Shown: positions 23,478-32,796, counted from the first letter of the stretch. The stretch: 64,000 nt of DNA from an uncultured delta proteobacterium (GCA_963803435.1 CAWDML010000008.1:224001-288000), one strand, 5' to 3'. Numbers and translations are program-made. The notes: generated from the letters alone by a model not told the origin.

Positions 23478-25276
23478 TGCTCCGTCGTTTCCTGGACGCG
23501 CTCGACGAGCGTATCGGACACCGCCGCCTGCTCCACGAGGCCCTCGACGAGCCGGTCCCCGGGGGCGCCTCGTGGGCGTACGTCTTCGGGAGCGCGTCGC
23601 TGCTCTTGTTCCTGGTGCAGCTCGGCACCGGACTGGTGCTGGCCACGTACTACAGCCCGTCATCCACGGATGCCTGGGCGTCGGTCGCGTATCTGGAGCG
23701 CGAGATCACGATGGGCGCGGTGGTCCGCGGTCTTCACCATCACTCCGCGGGCGGCATGGTGGTGCTGGTCGTGCTGCACATGCTCCAGGTGGTCTGGTAC
23801 GGCGCATACAAGGCGCCGCGCGAGGCCAACTGGCTGGCCGGCCTCGCGTTGTTCGGGTTGGTGCTGGCCTTCGCGCTGACCGGCTATCTGCTCCCTTGGG
23901 ATCAGACCGGCTACTGGGCGACGAAGGTCGCCACCAGCATCGCGGGTACGGTTCCGCTGGTCGGTCCCGCGCTCCAGCAGATCGCCCAGGGGGGCAACGA
24001 CTACGGCAACCTCACGCTGACGCGGTTCTACGCGCTGCACGTGACGGTGCTGCCGCTCCTGACGATCGGTCTGATCGGCGCGCACGTGGCCCTGTTCCGG
24101 AAGCACGGCGTCACGCCGAGCGCGGCCCGCTCGGACGCCGAGCTCACCCGGCGCTCGGACACGTTCTGGCCCAAGCAGGTGATGTACGACGCGATCTTCT
24201 TCGCGCTGGCGCTCTCGGTGATGTTCTGGCTGGCCGTGAAGGACGGCGCGCCGCTCCAGGCGCCGGCGGATCCGGCCTCGAACTTCATCGCGCGGCCGGA
24301 GTGGTACTTCCTGTTCCTCTTCCAGCTTCTCAAGTACTTCGAGGGGCCCCTCCAGGTGGTCGGCACGGTGGTGCTCCCCGGCGCAGTGACGGCCTTCCTG
24401 GCCGCGCTTCCGTTTCTGGATCGCAAACGCTCGCGCCGCGTGAAGGAGCGGGTGCCGTTCGTCGCCGCGGTCGGTGCGGGGATCGCAGGCGCGGCGCTGC
24501 TGGCGATGCTCGCGATGGCCCACGATCGGCAGGATCCGACGATCGCGATCCAGAAGAAGCGATCGCGCCGCGAGGCGGAGCGGGCGCGCGTGCTGGCGGC
24601 GAACGGCGTCCCTGCCGCCGGTGCCGCCTACATGATGGCACAGGATCCTCTCACTCTCGGCGAGCGTGTGTTCGTGCGGGAGTGCATGTCGTGCCACACG
24701 CTCGAGGGCGTCGGGCCGAAGAAGCGGAAGGCGCCGGACCTCACCGGCTACTTGAGTCGCGCGTGGATCCGTCAGGTTTTGATCGATCCCGACAGCAAGC
24801 GTCTCTTCGGCGTGACCAAGGTCGAAGGTATGAAGCCCTGCGCGGGGCGCGCCCCCGATGAGCTGGAGAAGCTGGTCGCGGCCGTCTACGCACAGCGGGA
24901 TCCGAACGCGCCGCCCCTCGAGCGCGCGGCCGCCGACCTCATGGACGATCTCGAATGCGGGGACTGTCACGACTTCGAGGACTGGTCAGGGTTCGAAGGA
25001 CCCTCGCTCTTCAAGTATGGGACGGCGGAATGGATCGCCCAGGTGATCGACGATGCCGGGAGCGACGTCTTCTACGGCGAAGACAACAAAATGCCGGCGT
25101 TCTCGACCCGCCTGCCCAAGCAGGAGCGCGAGGCGCTGGTGGTCTTCCTCCTCAGCCTGGAGGGACGCGCCGAGCCGACCGCCTGGCCGTACGTCGACGA
25201 TCCTGGGCCGATCCCCACACCCCGAGCGAAGACCAGCACCCGCGCCGCCAAGCCGCGCGATCCGCCCTCCCGTTGA
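23477..25276 (+). CDS. Cytochrome b fused to a C-terminal diheme cytochrome c
   Basis: WAYVFGS, four heme-b His, TGYLLPWDQ, TLTRFY, PEWY; then CMSCH and CGDCH; TGATG overlap with the Rieske gene. Confidence 0.92.
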   Translation: MLRRFLDALDERIGHRRLLHEALDEPVPGGASWAYVFGSASLLLFLVQLGTGLVLATYYSPSSTDAWASVAYLEREITMGAVVRGLHHHSAGGMVVLVVLHMLQVVWYGAYKAPREANWLAGLALFGLVLAFALTGYLLPWDQTGYWATKVATSIAGTVPLVGPALQQIAQGGNDYGNLTLTRFYALHVTVLPLLTIGLIGAHVALFRKHGVTPSAARSDAELTRRSDTFWPKQVMYDAIFFALALSVMFWLAVKDGAPLQAPADPASNFIARPEWYFLFLFQLLKYFEGPLQVVGTVVLPGAVTAFLAALPFLDRKRSRRVKERVPFVAAVGAGIAGAALLAMLAMAHDRQDPTIAIQKKRSRREAERARVLAANGVPAAGAAYMMAQDPLTLGERVFVRECMSCHTLEGVGPKKRKAPDLTGYLSRAWIRQVLIDPDSKRLFGVTKVEGMKPCAGRAPDELEKLVAAVYAQRDPNAPPLERAAADLMDDLECGDCHDFEDWSGFEGPSLFKYGTAEWIAQVIDDAGSDVFYGEDNKMPAFSTRLPKQEREALVVFLLSLEGRAEPTAWPYVDDPGPIPTPRAKTSTRAAKPRDPPSR

Positions 25277-25495
25277 TTTTCGACCACGAGCGTCAGGGTC
25301 GGCGACGCCACTGTCAGGATTTCGTGGGTGCAAACGGTCGAAAAACGCGAACCTTCCGGCCCCCACGCGCTGGCACGCCGACTGCACTTCGGAAACCTCA
25401 TGTTCGACGCGTGGCCCTGCTAGGAAGCGTATCACCGTGATTTTCCTGACGGTCTCGCTGGATTCGAAGGTCGATCCTTCGCTAAGTTCGACAAG

Positions 25496-26665
25496 GTGCC
25501 GCTCCTGGAAGCGATCAAGACATCGCCGGAGCGCGGTGTTCCTCGACGCGACACACCGGGGGTCGATCGGCGCCTCCTGATCGTCGACGACGACGAGAAC
25601 GTCCGAAAGATCGTCGCTGCGCTTTTGACCGACGAGGGGTTCGAGACCGTGACGGCCTCCGGCGCCGAAGAGGCGCTCACGATCCTCGAGCACACCGCAT
25701 TCGCGCTGGTCATCTCCGACATCAAGATGCCCGAGCGCGACGGCTTGTGGCTCCTGGCCGCGCTCAAGCGGCACCACCCCGAGACCGCCATGATCATGAT
25801 GACCGGCTACGGCCAGGTCGACACCGCGGTGCAGGCTCTCAAGTTCGGCGCGTCGGATTACCTGACCAAACCGGTGCGCGTGAACCAGCTCTCCGCCAGC
25901 GTGATGCGTGCGCTCGATCGCCGGCGGCTGGAGATCGAGAACAAGGCCTATCAGGAGGGTCTCGAAGGCGCGGTGCGGGAGAAGACGCGCGAGCTCGAAC
26001 GCGCCTATCAGGAGATCAACTCCACCTACACGCTCACGCTCGAGGCGCTGGTGACGGCGCTCGATGCGCGCGAGTGCGAGACCGGCAACCACAGCCAGCG
26101 CGTCGTTCGGACCACGCTCGCCATCGCGGACCGCATGGGCATCGACGGCGACGAGCGGGAGCACATCGCCCGCGGTGCGCTGCTGCACGACATCGGCAAG
26201 ATCGGCGTCCCCGACCACGTCCTCTTGAAGCCCGGTCGCCTGACCGAGGACGAGTGGATCGACATGCGCAAGCATCCCGAGATCGGGGCCCGCATCCTCA
26301 GCGGCATCAACTTCCTCGAGCCGGCGGCGGAGATCGTGCTCGCCCATCAGGAGCGGTGGGACGGCGAAGGCTATCCGCGCGGGCTCCGTGGCGAGGAGAT
26401 CCCGATCGGCGCCCGCATCTTCGCGGTCGCGGACGCGCTCGACGCCATCACCAGCGACCGCCCCTACCGCCGGGGCCGCTCGCTCCAGTACGCGCGCGAG
26501 GAGATCTCGAAGTACGCCGGGACCCAGTTCGACCCGGCCGTGGTCGAGCACTTCCTCGCGATCGGAGCCGAGGAGTGGGAGGAGATCCGGAGCGGCAAGC
26601 CGCCGTACCGAGCCCGACCCCACTCCGGGATGAACCGCCCCGCCGGCCTCGACGACATCGACTAG
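25496..26665 (+). CDS. Response regulator with HD-GYP phosphodiesterase domain
   Basis: REC (IVDDD, SDIKMP, DYLTKP); HSQRV, HDIGK, HQERWDGEGYP. Confidence 0.93.
   Translation: MPLLEAIKTSPERGVPRRDTPGVDRRLLIVDDDENVRKIVAALLTDEGFETVTASGAEEALTILEHTAFALVISDIKMPERDGLWLLAALKRHHPETAMIMMTGYGQVDTAVQALKFGASDYLTKPVRVNQLSASVMRALDRRRLEIENKAYQEGLEGAVREKTRELERAYQEINSTYTLTLEALVTALDARECETGNHSQRVVRTTLAIADRMGIDGDEREHIARGALLHDIGKIGVPDHVLLKPGRLTEDEWIDMRKHPEIGARILSGINFLEPAAEIVLAHQERWDGEGYPRGLRGEEIPIGARIFAVADALDAITSDRPYRRGRSLQYAREEISKYAGTQFDPAVVEHFLAIGAEEWEEIRSGKPPYRARPHSGMNRPAGLDDID
26589..26611 (+). repeat. 23-bp direct repeat, copy 1 (inside HD-GYP 3' end)
   Basis: GGAGCGGCAAGCCGCCGTACCGA, identical to 28647..28669. 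Confidence 0.9.
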
Positions 26666-26677
26666 GAGCGTGTAGCG

Positions 26678-27940
26678 GAGCGTCCACTCGGCTCGTGCCT
26701 TGAAGAAGGAGCGTAGCGAGAACCGGCGGAATCCTCGTGCCCCTTTGATCTGTCCGAGCGCCGGTTCGACGATACTCTTCCTGCGGGCGTAGACCGGCTT
26801 GCCGTCGCGCGTTTGCAACTTGTCTCGCATTCGCTTGCGAGCGAGCGAGGCAGGTGTGGGCTCCGAAGCTGATGAGGACGGAGTCGACGCGTCTTGGTTC
26901 TGTTCGCGTCCAACAGCGATGTGGGCATCGATCTGATTGTTGTCGCAGAATTCGATGTTGGTCGCGCTCAGATAGCCGTTGTCTGCCGTCATCTTCCGCG
27001 GAGCATCGCCGCAGTTGCCGAACACATCACGGAGCATCGGGACGAGGTGTTGCTGATCAGGTGCCTGGTTGCTGACCCCTTCGGCGACAATCACCTGAGC
27101 GTGCTCATCTACGACAACTTGGGCATTGTAGGCCTGGAGGTACGCTCCCTCCTTCAACATGATCCTGCTGTCTGAGTCGGTGAAGTTCCTCTGAGCGTGG
27201 GGCCTCGGTGTGCCGTCCACATTTGCAGGAACGCGATGATGCGGCCATCCATCACTTCGTTCAGTTGGGTCTGGGGATGGTTCGAGCTGGTCAGCCTGCG
27301 CTCTTGCCTTCTCGGCTCGAGTTCTCGCTCGCTTCTGCTCCACCCGATCCACAAGAGCATCATCCGCTTTGCTCTGCTGCTCTTCGGCTTGCCTGCGCAA
27401 TTTCTCCGCGCGAGCCCTGGCGGCATCCTGTTCCAGCGCAGCCTTCGCTTCTCGAATGCGGGCAAGGCGGGATTCACGGCGAGCGAGCTCCGCTGGGATG
27501 TCCTCTTCAGTCTCTTCAACGCCCAGCCGCTCGTCTTCCTCTTGGTCGATCGTGCGCGCTCGCTCCAGCAGTTCTTCGATCTCGAGAGACAGCCGCTTCT
27601 CCTCCTCGGCCATCCGCTCGTAGGTCATCGCCTTGTGCTTGCTCGCGTTCGCCTGCACCTTCGAGCCATCGAGTGCGACGTGTCCGAGCCGCACCAAACC
27701 TGCTTTTTGGTAAAGCCTCAGGACTTCGAGGAAGAGCGCTTTCAGTGCCTCCAGGTGGACCAGCCGAAACTCGTTGATCGTCGTGAAGTGGGGATGACTT
27801 TCTCCAGCCAGCACCCGGAATGGAATGTCTTCGTAGGTCGCCCGCGCGATCCTCCGCGACGAATAGATGCCGGTGCAGTAGGCGTACAGAAGCAGCGCGA
27901 TCATCATTCGAGGCGAGTACGGTCGCTCGCCTCGCGGGGG
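26678..27940 (-). pseudogene. IS1182 family DDE transposase, truncated at both ends
   Basis: PYSPRMM, SSRRIA, ALDGSKVQANASKHKAM, NFTDSDSRIM, YNAQ, ADNGY, RRKSIVEP; the usual N-terminus is missing and there is no stop before the TIR. Confidence 0.88.
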
Positions 27941-28119
27941 CTCGCTTCTACCGGATGGCACTTCGCTCTGGCACCGAAAGCGCCGCCTCACTCCACACCT
28001 GCTTGAGGCGCCGACTCGCCAACGAGCAGAAGGTCCAAGCCGCCAGACCCAAGCTCAAGCGCGTTATCGAGATGCTCACGCGCCTCATCAAGTCGATGAA
28101 CGCACGCCGGGCTGCATGA
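27940..28119 (+). pseudogene. C-terminal half of a four-helix-bundle protein (23S rRNA IVP/TIGR02436-like)
   Basis: ARFYRMALRSGTESAA...KLKRVIEMLTRLIK; 5' half absent, abuts the transposase remnant. Confidence 0.6.
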
Positions 28120-28126
28120 TCGCCAT

Positions 28127-28160
28127 CGGGACCGGGACCCGGACCGGGACCCGGACCGGG
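28127..28160 (+). repeat. Hexamer tandem repeat (CGGGAC/CCGGAC, ~5.5 copies)
   Basis: cgggac cgggac ccggac cgggac ccggac cggg. Confidence 0.85.
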
Positions 28161-28218
28161 CTCGCGGTAGCGCTACGCGCTACACGCTCCTAGGAGCCTG
28201 GTCGCTCGCGACGGCCCC

Positions 28219-28620
28219 TCATCCCTTGTTCTTCTCGTCCCAGCGCTTGGGTTCCCACAGCTCGACCTTGTTGCCGTCCGGGTCGACGATCCAAGCGAAC
28301 CTCCCGTTTTCGTGGGACTCGGGCCCTTGATGGATCTCGACGCCGCCGCGCCGGAGCTGTTCGAGTATTCCGTCGAGGTCGTCCACTCGGTAGTTGATCA
28401 TGAACGTCGAAGTGCTGGGGCTGAACCACTGGCTGTCAGGCTCCGCGAGGTGCCAAACCGTCAGCCCCTTGTCTTCGGCGTGATCATCGGGCCACCTGAG
28501 CACAGCGCCGCCGAACTCCTCGAAGTGCATCCCCAGGTGTTGCTGATACCAGGCGGCGAGCGCCTTTCTGTCGGTGCGCGCCTTGAAGAATACTCCGCCG
28601 ATTCCAGTGATTCGCGCCAT
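28219..28620 (-). CDS. VOC (glyoxalase/bleomycin resistance) family protein
   Basis: MARITGIGGVFFK, WYQQHLG, INYRVDDL, GRFAWIVDPDGNKVELWEP. Confidence 0.92.
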   Translation of the reverse strand: MARITGIGGVFFKARTDRKALAAWYQQHLGMHFEEFGGAVLRWPDDHAEDKGLTVWHLAEPDSQWFSPSTSTFMINYRVDDLDGILEQLRRGGVEIHQGPESHENGRFAWIVDPDGNKVELWEPKRWDEKNKG

Positions 28621-28646
28621 GCGGCGTGCTGTAGCCCACCTACGGA

Positions 28647-28669
28647 GGAGCGGCAAGCCGCCGTACCGA
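28647..28669 (+). repeat. 23-bp direct repeat, copy 2 (intergenic)
   Basis: Identical to 26589..26611. Confidence 0.9.
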
Positions 28670-28677
28670 TCCAGCCG

Positions 28678-30258
28678 TCAGCGTGCGAGCGCGCGGATGC
28701 GGTCGGCGATGCGGAACGCGTTCGCCATGATCGTGAGCGTGGAGGGCACTGCGCCGCTCGAGGGAAGCGAGCCGCCGTCGGTGACGAAGACGTTGTCGAC
28801 GCCGTGCAGATGCCCGTCGGGAGTGGTGACGCTGGTGCCCGCATCGGTCCCCATGCGGCAGGTGCCGTGCTGGAGGACGAAGGTCTCGCCGCCGACTGAC
28901 AGCGTCTGCACGTCGCGGGCGCCGAGCGCGGTCAGGAGCGCGGAGGCTCGCTCGACGAGGTACTGACTCCGCGTGACGTCCGAGGGATCGCGGGCGATCG
29001 TGATCCGGGCGCAGGGCAGGCCCCATCGATCCGTGACGTGGTCGTCGAGGTCGACGTAGCAGCCCGGGGTGGGCCGCCATTCGCCGAAGCACTCGACCTC
29101 CAGGCTGCGCCCCTCGACGAAGTGGGCGTGCAGTCGATCCATCAGCGGCCGGCCGTAGACGAGGCTGCCGCCGTCGCGGATGAGCTGCTCGGCCGCGTGG
29201 ATCGGATTGAGGTGCTCCCACAAGAGGTGGAAGGTGCCACCGTCGCGGTAGAAGTCCTGGACGGCGCGGCCGACGAACGGCATGGAGCTCCGCAAGGTCT
29301 CCCTCCGATCGGGATCGAGATCGGCGTACTCGAGTCGCGCGAGCAGCTGCCCGAGGGTGGAGAAGCAGAGGTTCCTGCCGACCTGGCCCGAGGCGTTGCC
29401 GAGGCCGTCGGGGTGGGCGCCCGACCTCGAGAGGAGGAGCAGGCGGGCGCTCTCGACGGCGCTGCAGGCGATGACCACGGTACGGGCGCGGACCTCGCGG
29501 TCGCCGCCGGTCTCGTCGAGGTAGCGGACACCGCGGGCGCGCCCGTTCTTCATCATGACGATCTCGCGGACCATGGTACCGGGGCGGATCTGGCAGCGCC
29601 CGGTCCGCTCAGCCGCGGGGATCAGCGACGCCAGGGTCGAGCTCTTGGCGTCGACCTCGCAGCCGTACGAGCCGCACAGCGGGCAGTACACGCAGGGCGA
29701 GCGGCCGTCCTTCGCCGCGGTCAGGATCGCACGCGGCATCGGGAACGGATGCATGCCGATCTTGGCGCCGGCCTCGTCGATCCAGCCGGCAATCGGATGC
29801 GTGAGGACCGGCGGGTAGGGATAGGGGCCGCTGCGCGGCGGTGCGAACGGGTTCGCCGACTCGTCGCCGCTGACGCCGAGCTCGCGCTCGACCTCATCAT
29901 AGTAGGGGGCGAGGACCTCGTATCCGAAGGGCCAGCGCTCGAAGTCCTCTGGATGGAACCGCAAGAAGAAGCCGCTCATGTGGACGGTCCCGCCGCCGAC
30001 GCAGCGCGAGATCCATCCCGCGTTCGTCCGGGTCACCGCCTCGGTCTCCGAGCGACGGAGCGTGTGCGGGTCGTCGTCGGGGAAGGGCGTGAAGAAGTCG
30101 CGACGACACATCGCAATCTCATCGTGGAGGAAGTCGCGCGTGGTGTAGCGCGGGCCCTTCTCCAGGACCATCACGCTCATGCCGGCCCGCGCCAGCGAGA
30201 GGGCGACCGGTGCTCCGCCCGCGCCCGATCCGACGATCACGACATCGACCTCGTCCAC
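28678..30258 (-). CDS. GMC family oxidoreductase (gluconate 2-dehydrogenase flavoprotein-like)
   Basis: IVGSGAGG, VGGGTVH, CVYCPLCGSYGC, SAVESARLLL, HGTCRMG, PSTLTIMANA. Confidence 0.92.
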   Translation of the reverse strand: MDEVDVVIVGSGAGGAPVALSLARAGMSVMVLEKGPRYTTRDFLHDEIAMCRRDFFTPFPDDDPHTLRRSETEAVTRTNAGWISRCVGGGTVHMSGFFLRFHPEDFERWPFGYEVLAPYYDEVERELGVSGDESANPFAPPRSGPYPYPPVLTHPIAGWIDEAGAKIGMHPFPMPRAILTAAKDGRSPCVYCPLCGSYGCEVDAKSSTLASLIPAAERTGRCQIRPGTMVREIVMMKNGRARGVRYLDETGGDREVRARTVVIACSAVESARLLLLSRSGAHPDGLGNASGQVGRNLCFSTLGQLLARLEYADLDPDRRETLRSSMPFVGRAVQDFYRDGGTFHLLWEHLNPIHAAEQLIRDGGSLVYGRPLMDRLHAHFVEGRSLEVECFGEWRPTPGCYVDLDDHVTDRWGLPCARITIARDPSDVTRSQYLVERASALLTALGARDVQTLSVGGETFVLQHGTCRMGTDAGTSVTTPDGHLHGVDNVFVTDGGSLPSSGAVPSTLTIMANAFRIADRIRALAR

Positions 30259-30867
30259 TCAACCTCCGTGCGCGTGCGGCGACCGCTCGCGCGGCATTGC
30301 GATGGAGAGTGCGTCCCAGGCTGAGCCGTTCCGGTTGCCGCCGTGATCGGGATGTCCGAGGTAGCCTTCGAGCGACAGCCTGAGCGTCGCCTCGAGCGCG
30401 CGCGCCGGGCTGAACGTGGGCCGCTCGCCGCTCCCGCTCGCCGCCTCCTCGATCACCTCGGCCTCCCGCGCAGGATCCGAGAGCGTCGCCAGGGTGGCGC
30501 CGAACTTCTTCCTGGCGATCAGGTCGAGGTGCCGGGTCAGCTTGAGCACCTCGTCGCGGACGGCGCGCATGCCCGGCTCGCGCGCGGCGGCGACCAGGTA
30601 GTCGAGCACGCCGGCGTCGCTCGCGCTGGGCAGGCTCCGGGCAGGATCTCCGGGGAGCAGGTGGTCGGTGAGCACCGCCAGTACCCCCAGGGCCCCCGGA
30701 TCGAACGGCTCAAACGGGAGCGCTCCCGCCTTCGCGCGCGCGGGTTCGAGGCGTGGGTCGGGCGACGGATCGACGTCGTACCCGAGCCTTCTCAGCCACG
30801 CGTATGTCCCCGCGCCCACGACGCTCGCGCCGCCGACGATGATGAAGGTGCGCCGTCCGACCGACAT
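30259..30867 (-). CDS. Gluconate 2-dehydrogenase subunit 3 family (Tat-exported)
   Basis: GRRTFI twin-Arg signal, LPSASDAGV, EGYLGHPDHGGN; abuts the GMC gene. Confidence 0.8.
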   Translation of the reverse strand: MSVGRRTFIIVGGASVVGAGTYAWLRRLGYDVDPSPDPRLEPARAKAGALPFEPFDPGALGVLAVLTDHLLPGDPARSLPSASDAGVLDYLVAAAREPGMRAVRDEVLKLTRHLDLIARKKFGATLATLSDPAREAEVIEEAASGSGERPTFSPARALEATLRLSLEGYLGHPDHGGNRNGSAWDALSIAMPRERSPHAHGG

Positions 30868-30965
30868 CGAACCCAACTTGGCCACGTCTGGCGTCGAGGT
30901 TCAATGTAGTGAGAGTGCGCGTTTTGACGCTTTCCAAGGCCGATGCTAGCGTCCTTCGAAGCGCA

Positions 30966-31610
30966 ATGTGGGAGATATTCAGGACCTTAGCCGCCGGCGG
31001 CATGATGATGTACGTGAACCTGGGCGTATCGATCGCTGCGGTGACGATCGTGCTCATGCGTGTCTATGCGCTCTGGATCAAGCATCGTCTGGCGCCGCAC
31101 GCCTTCGCGGACTCCGTGGTGGCGGCGGTCGATCAAGGCAACTACGCGAACGCGATCCAGACCTGCAGCATGCGGGGTGATCATCCGCTCGCTTCGATCA
31201 CGAAGGACGTCCTCATGAAGGCGGACAAGTCCGACAAGGAGATCGAGCGCGCGTTCGAGACCGCGAGCGCCCGCGAGATTCCGAAGTTCAAGCGCTTCAC
31301 GTCTTTCCTCCCCCAGGCCGGCAACCTCGCCACCCTGATCGGTCTGCTCGGCACCATCCACGGCCTGATCCAGGCCTTCGGCGGTGCGCAGGCGGAGGAC
31401 GCTGCGCAGCGCCAGGCGGTGCTCGCGAAGGGCATCACCGTCGCCTTCTACAACACGTTCTTCGGCCTCGCGATCGCCGTATTCTGCGCGATCATGTTCA
31501 TCATCCTGAACGGCCGCCAGACGCTGCTCCTCGAGAGCTTCGAGAACGCGGTCAACCGCGTACGCGAGCGGATCATGGACCGCAACAAGGCGCTCCGCGC
31601 CCGGGCCTAG
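30966..31610 (+). CDS. MotA/TolQ/ExbB proton channel protein
   Basis: ATLIGLLGTIHGLIQAF, LAKGITVAFYNTFFGLAIA. Confidence 0.92.
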   Translation: MWEIFRTLAAGGMMMYVNLGVSIAAVTIVLMRVYALWIKHRLAPHAFADSVVAAVDQGNYANAIQTCSMRGDHPLASITKDVLMKADKSDKEIERAFETASAREIPKFKRFTSFLPQAGNLATLIGLLGTIHGLIQAFGGAQAEDAAQRQAVLAKGITVAFYNTFFGLAIAVFCAIMFIILNGRQTLLLESFENAVNRVRERIMDRNKALRARA

Positions 31611-31619
31611 AGGCGACGC

Positions 31620-32135
31620 ATGGCCGGTGGAGGTGGAGACGACGCCACGACGCCCGACATGACGGCGTTGATGGACGTGCTCTCCAACATCATCTTTTTC
31701 CTGATGGCGAGCTTCGGCGCGGCAGTGGTCGCGATCGTGCCCGCGTCCGTCCCGACGATCTCCGACTCCGGTGACAACGACACCGCCGTCGAAGAGACGA
31801 AGGTGACGCTGACGATGAAGGTCGCGGCCAACGGCGACGTCGGCGTCACGGTCGCGAACAACCAGATGCTCCCCGCCGAGCTGACGCCTTACGCCAAGAG
31901 CTTCGGCGGCAAGGACGGTCGGATCGACACGAAGGCGATCAGTGATCATCTCTGGTCGATCAAGGACAAGTTCCGCGAATCAAAGGACGTCATCATCGTC
32001 CCCGACGACGACGTCACCTACGGCCAGCTGATCGACGCCATGGACGTCGCCCGGGAGCGCCACGAGGTCGTCGACGGTAAGTCGGTCTATCCGCAGATGT
32101 TCCCGGCCGTCGTCGTCTCATCGCTGGTGAAGTGA
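31620..32135 (+). CDS. ExbD/TolR family protein 1
   Basis: DMTALMDVLSNIIFFLM TM with Asp; VTYGQLIDAMD. Confidence 0.88.
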   Translation: MAGGGGDDATTPDMTALMDVLSNIIFFLMASFGAAVVAIVPASVPTISDSGDNDTAVEETKVTLTMKVAANGDVGVTVANNQMLPAELTPYAKSFGGKDGRIDTKAISDHLWSIKDKFRESKDVIIVPDDDVTYGQLIDAMDVARERHEVVDGKSVYPQMFPAVVVSSLVK

Positions 32136-32136
32136 C

Positions 32137-32628
32137 GTGAAGAAGAAGAAGTCACTTTTCCATGCCGAGGAGGACGCCGGCCCAGGCCGTATCAACCTGA
32201 CGGCGCTGATGGACATCCTCTCGAACATCATCTTCTTCCTGATGGCCAGCTTCGGGGCCCAGACCCTCGAGCTCACCTCCGCGAGCAAGGTCGAGCTCCC
32301 CTCGTCGACCTCCGAGCTGTCCCTCAAGATGTCGATCAACGTAGCGGTCGGTCTCGAGGAGCTCTTCGTCGAGGACGAGCCGGTCGGCAAGCTCCAGGAC
32401 GGCAAGCTGGTCGGCCTCGACGCGGACCGATTCCACCCCAAGCTCGAAGAGACGCTCAAGCGCGTGCGCGCGCAACGGCTCGCCAAGAACGAGCGCCCCA
32501 AGGACGAGGAGGAGATGGTTCTCTTCATCGCCGACAAGCGGCTCAGGTTCGACACGATCGATCGGGTGATGAAGACCTGCGCGCGCGCGGGGTTCACGAA
32601 GTTCCGCTTCGCCGTCTCGAAGAAGTGA
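32137..32628 (+). CDS. ExbD/TolR family protein 2
   Basis: NLTALMDILSNIIFFLM, VELP, IADKRLRF..IDRVMKT..AGF. Confidence 0.88.
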   Translation: MKKKKSLFHAEEDAGPGRINLTALMDILSNIIFFLMASFGAQTLELTSASKVELPSSTSELSLKMSINVAVGLEELFVEDEPVGKLQDGKLVGLDADRFHPKLEETLKRVRAQRLAKNERPKDEEEMVLFIADKRLRFDTIDRVMKTCARAGFTKFRFAVSKK

Positions 32629-32796
32629 AGGTCCGAGGGAGCATCGCCGCCGTGGCGGCGCCACACCGCAGGCAGCGTAGCTTCCACCTCCGAGAGCTTG
32701 GCCGCCAAGCCCCCTCGAAGAACGCCGGGGGTGGAAGCGTCGCCTCCCAGGCAGCCGGCTCCCACACCGACGAGGGCAGCACCGGTGAGCCTTGCG

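Larger units (their letters stand above)
26662..28193. mobile_element. Defective IS1182-like element with terminal inverted repeats and CTAG flanks
   Basis: CTAG+GAGCGTGTAGCG at 26662..26677 and its reverse complement CGCTACACGCTC+CTAG at 28178..28193; encloses a transposase remnant; visibly lower GC. Confidence 0.8.

Noticed and set aside
24986-26661. 1001-aa transposase with a novel C-terminal extension
   Set aside because: Transposase similarity ends at the TIR; the remainder is stop-free antisense of the HD-GYP and cytochrome b genes
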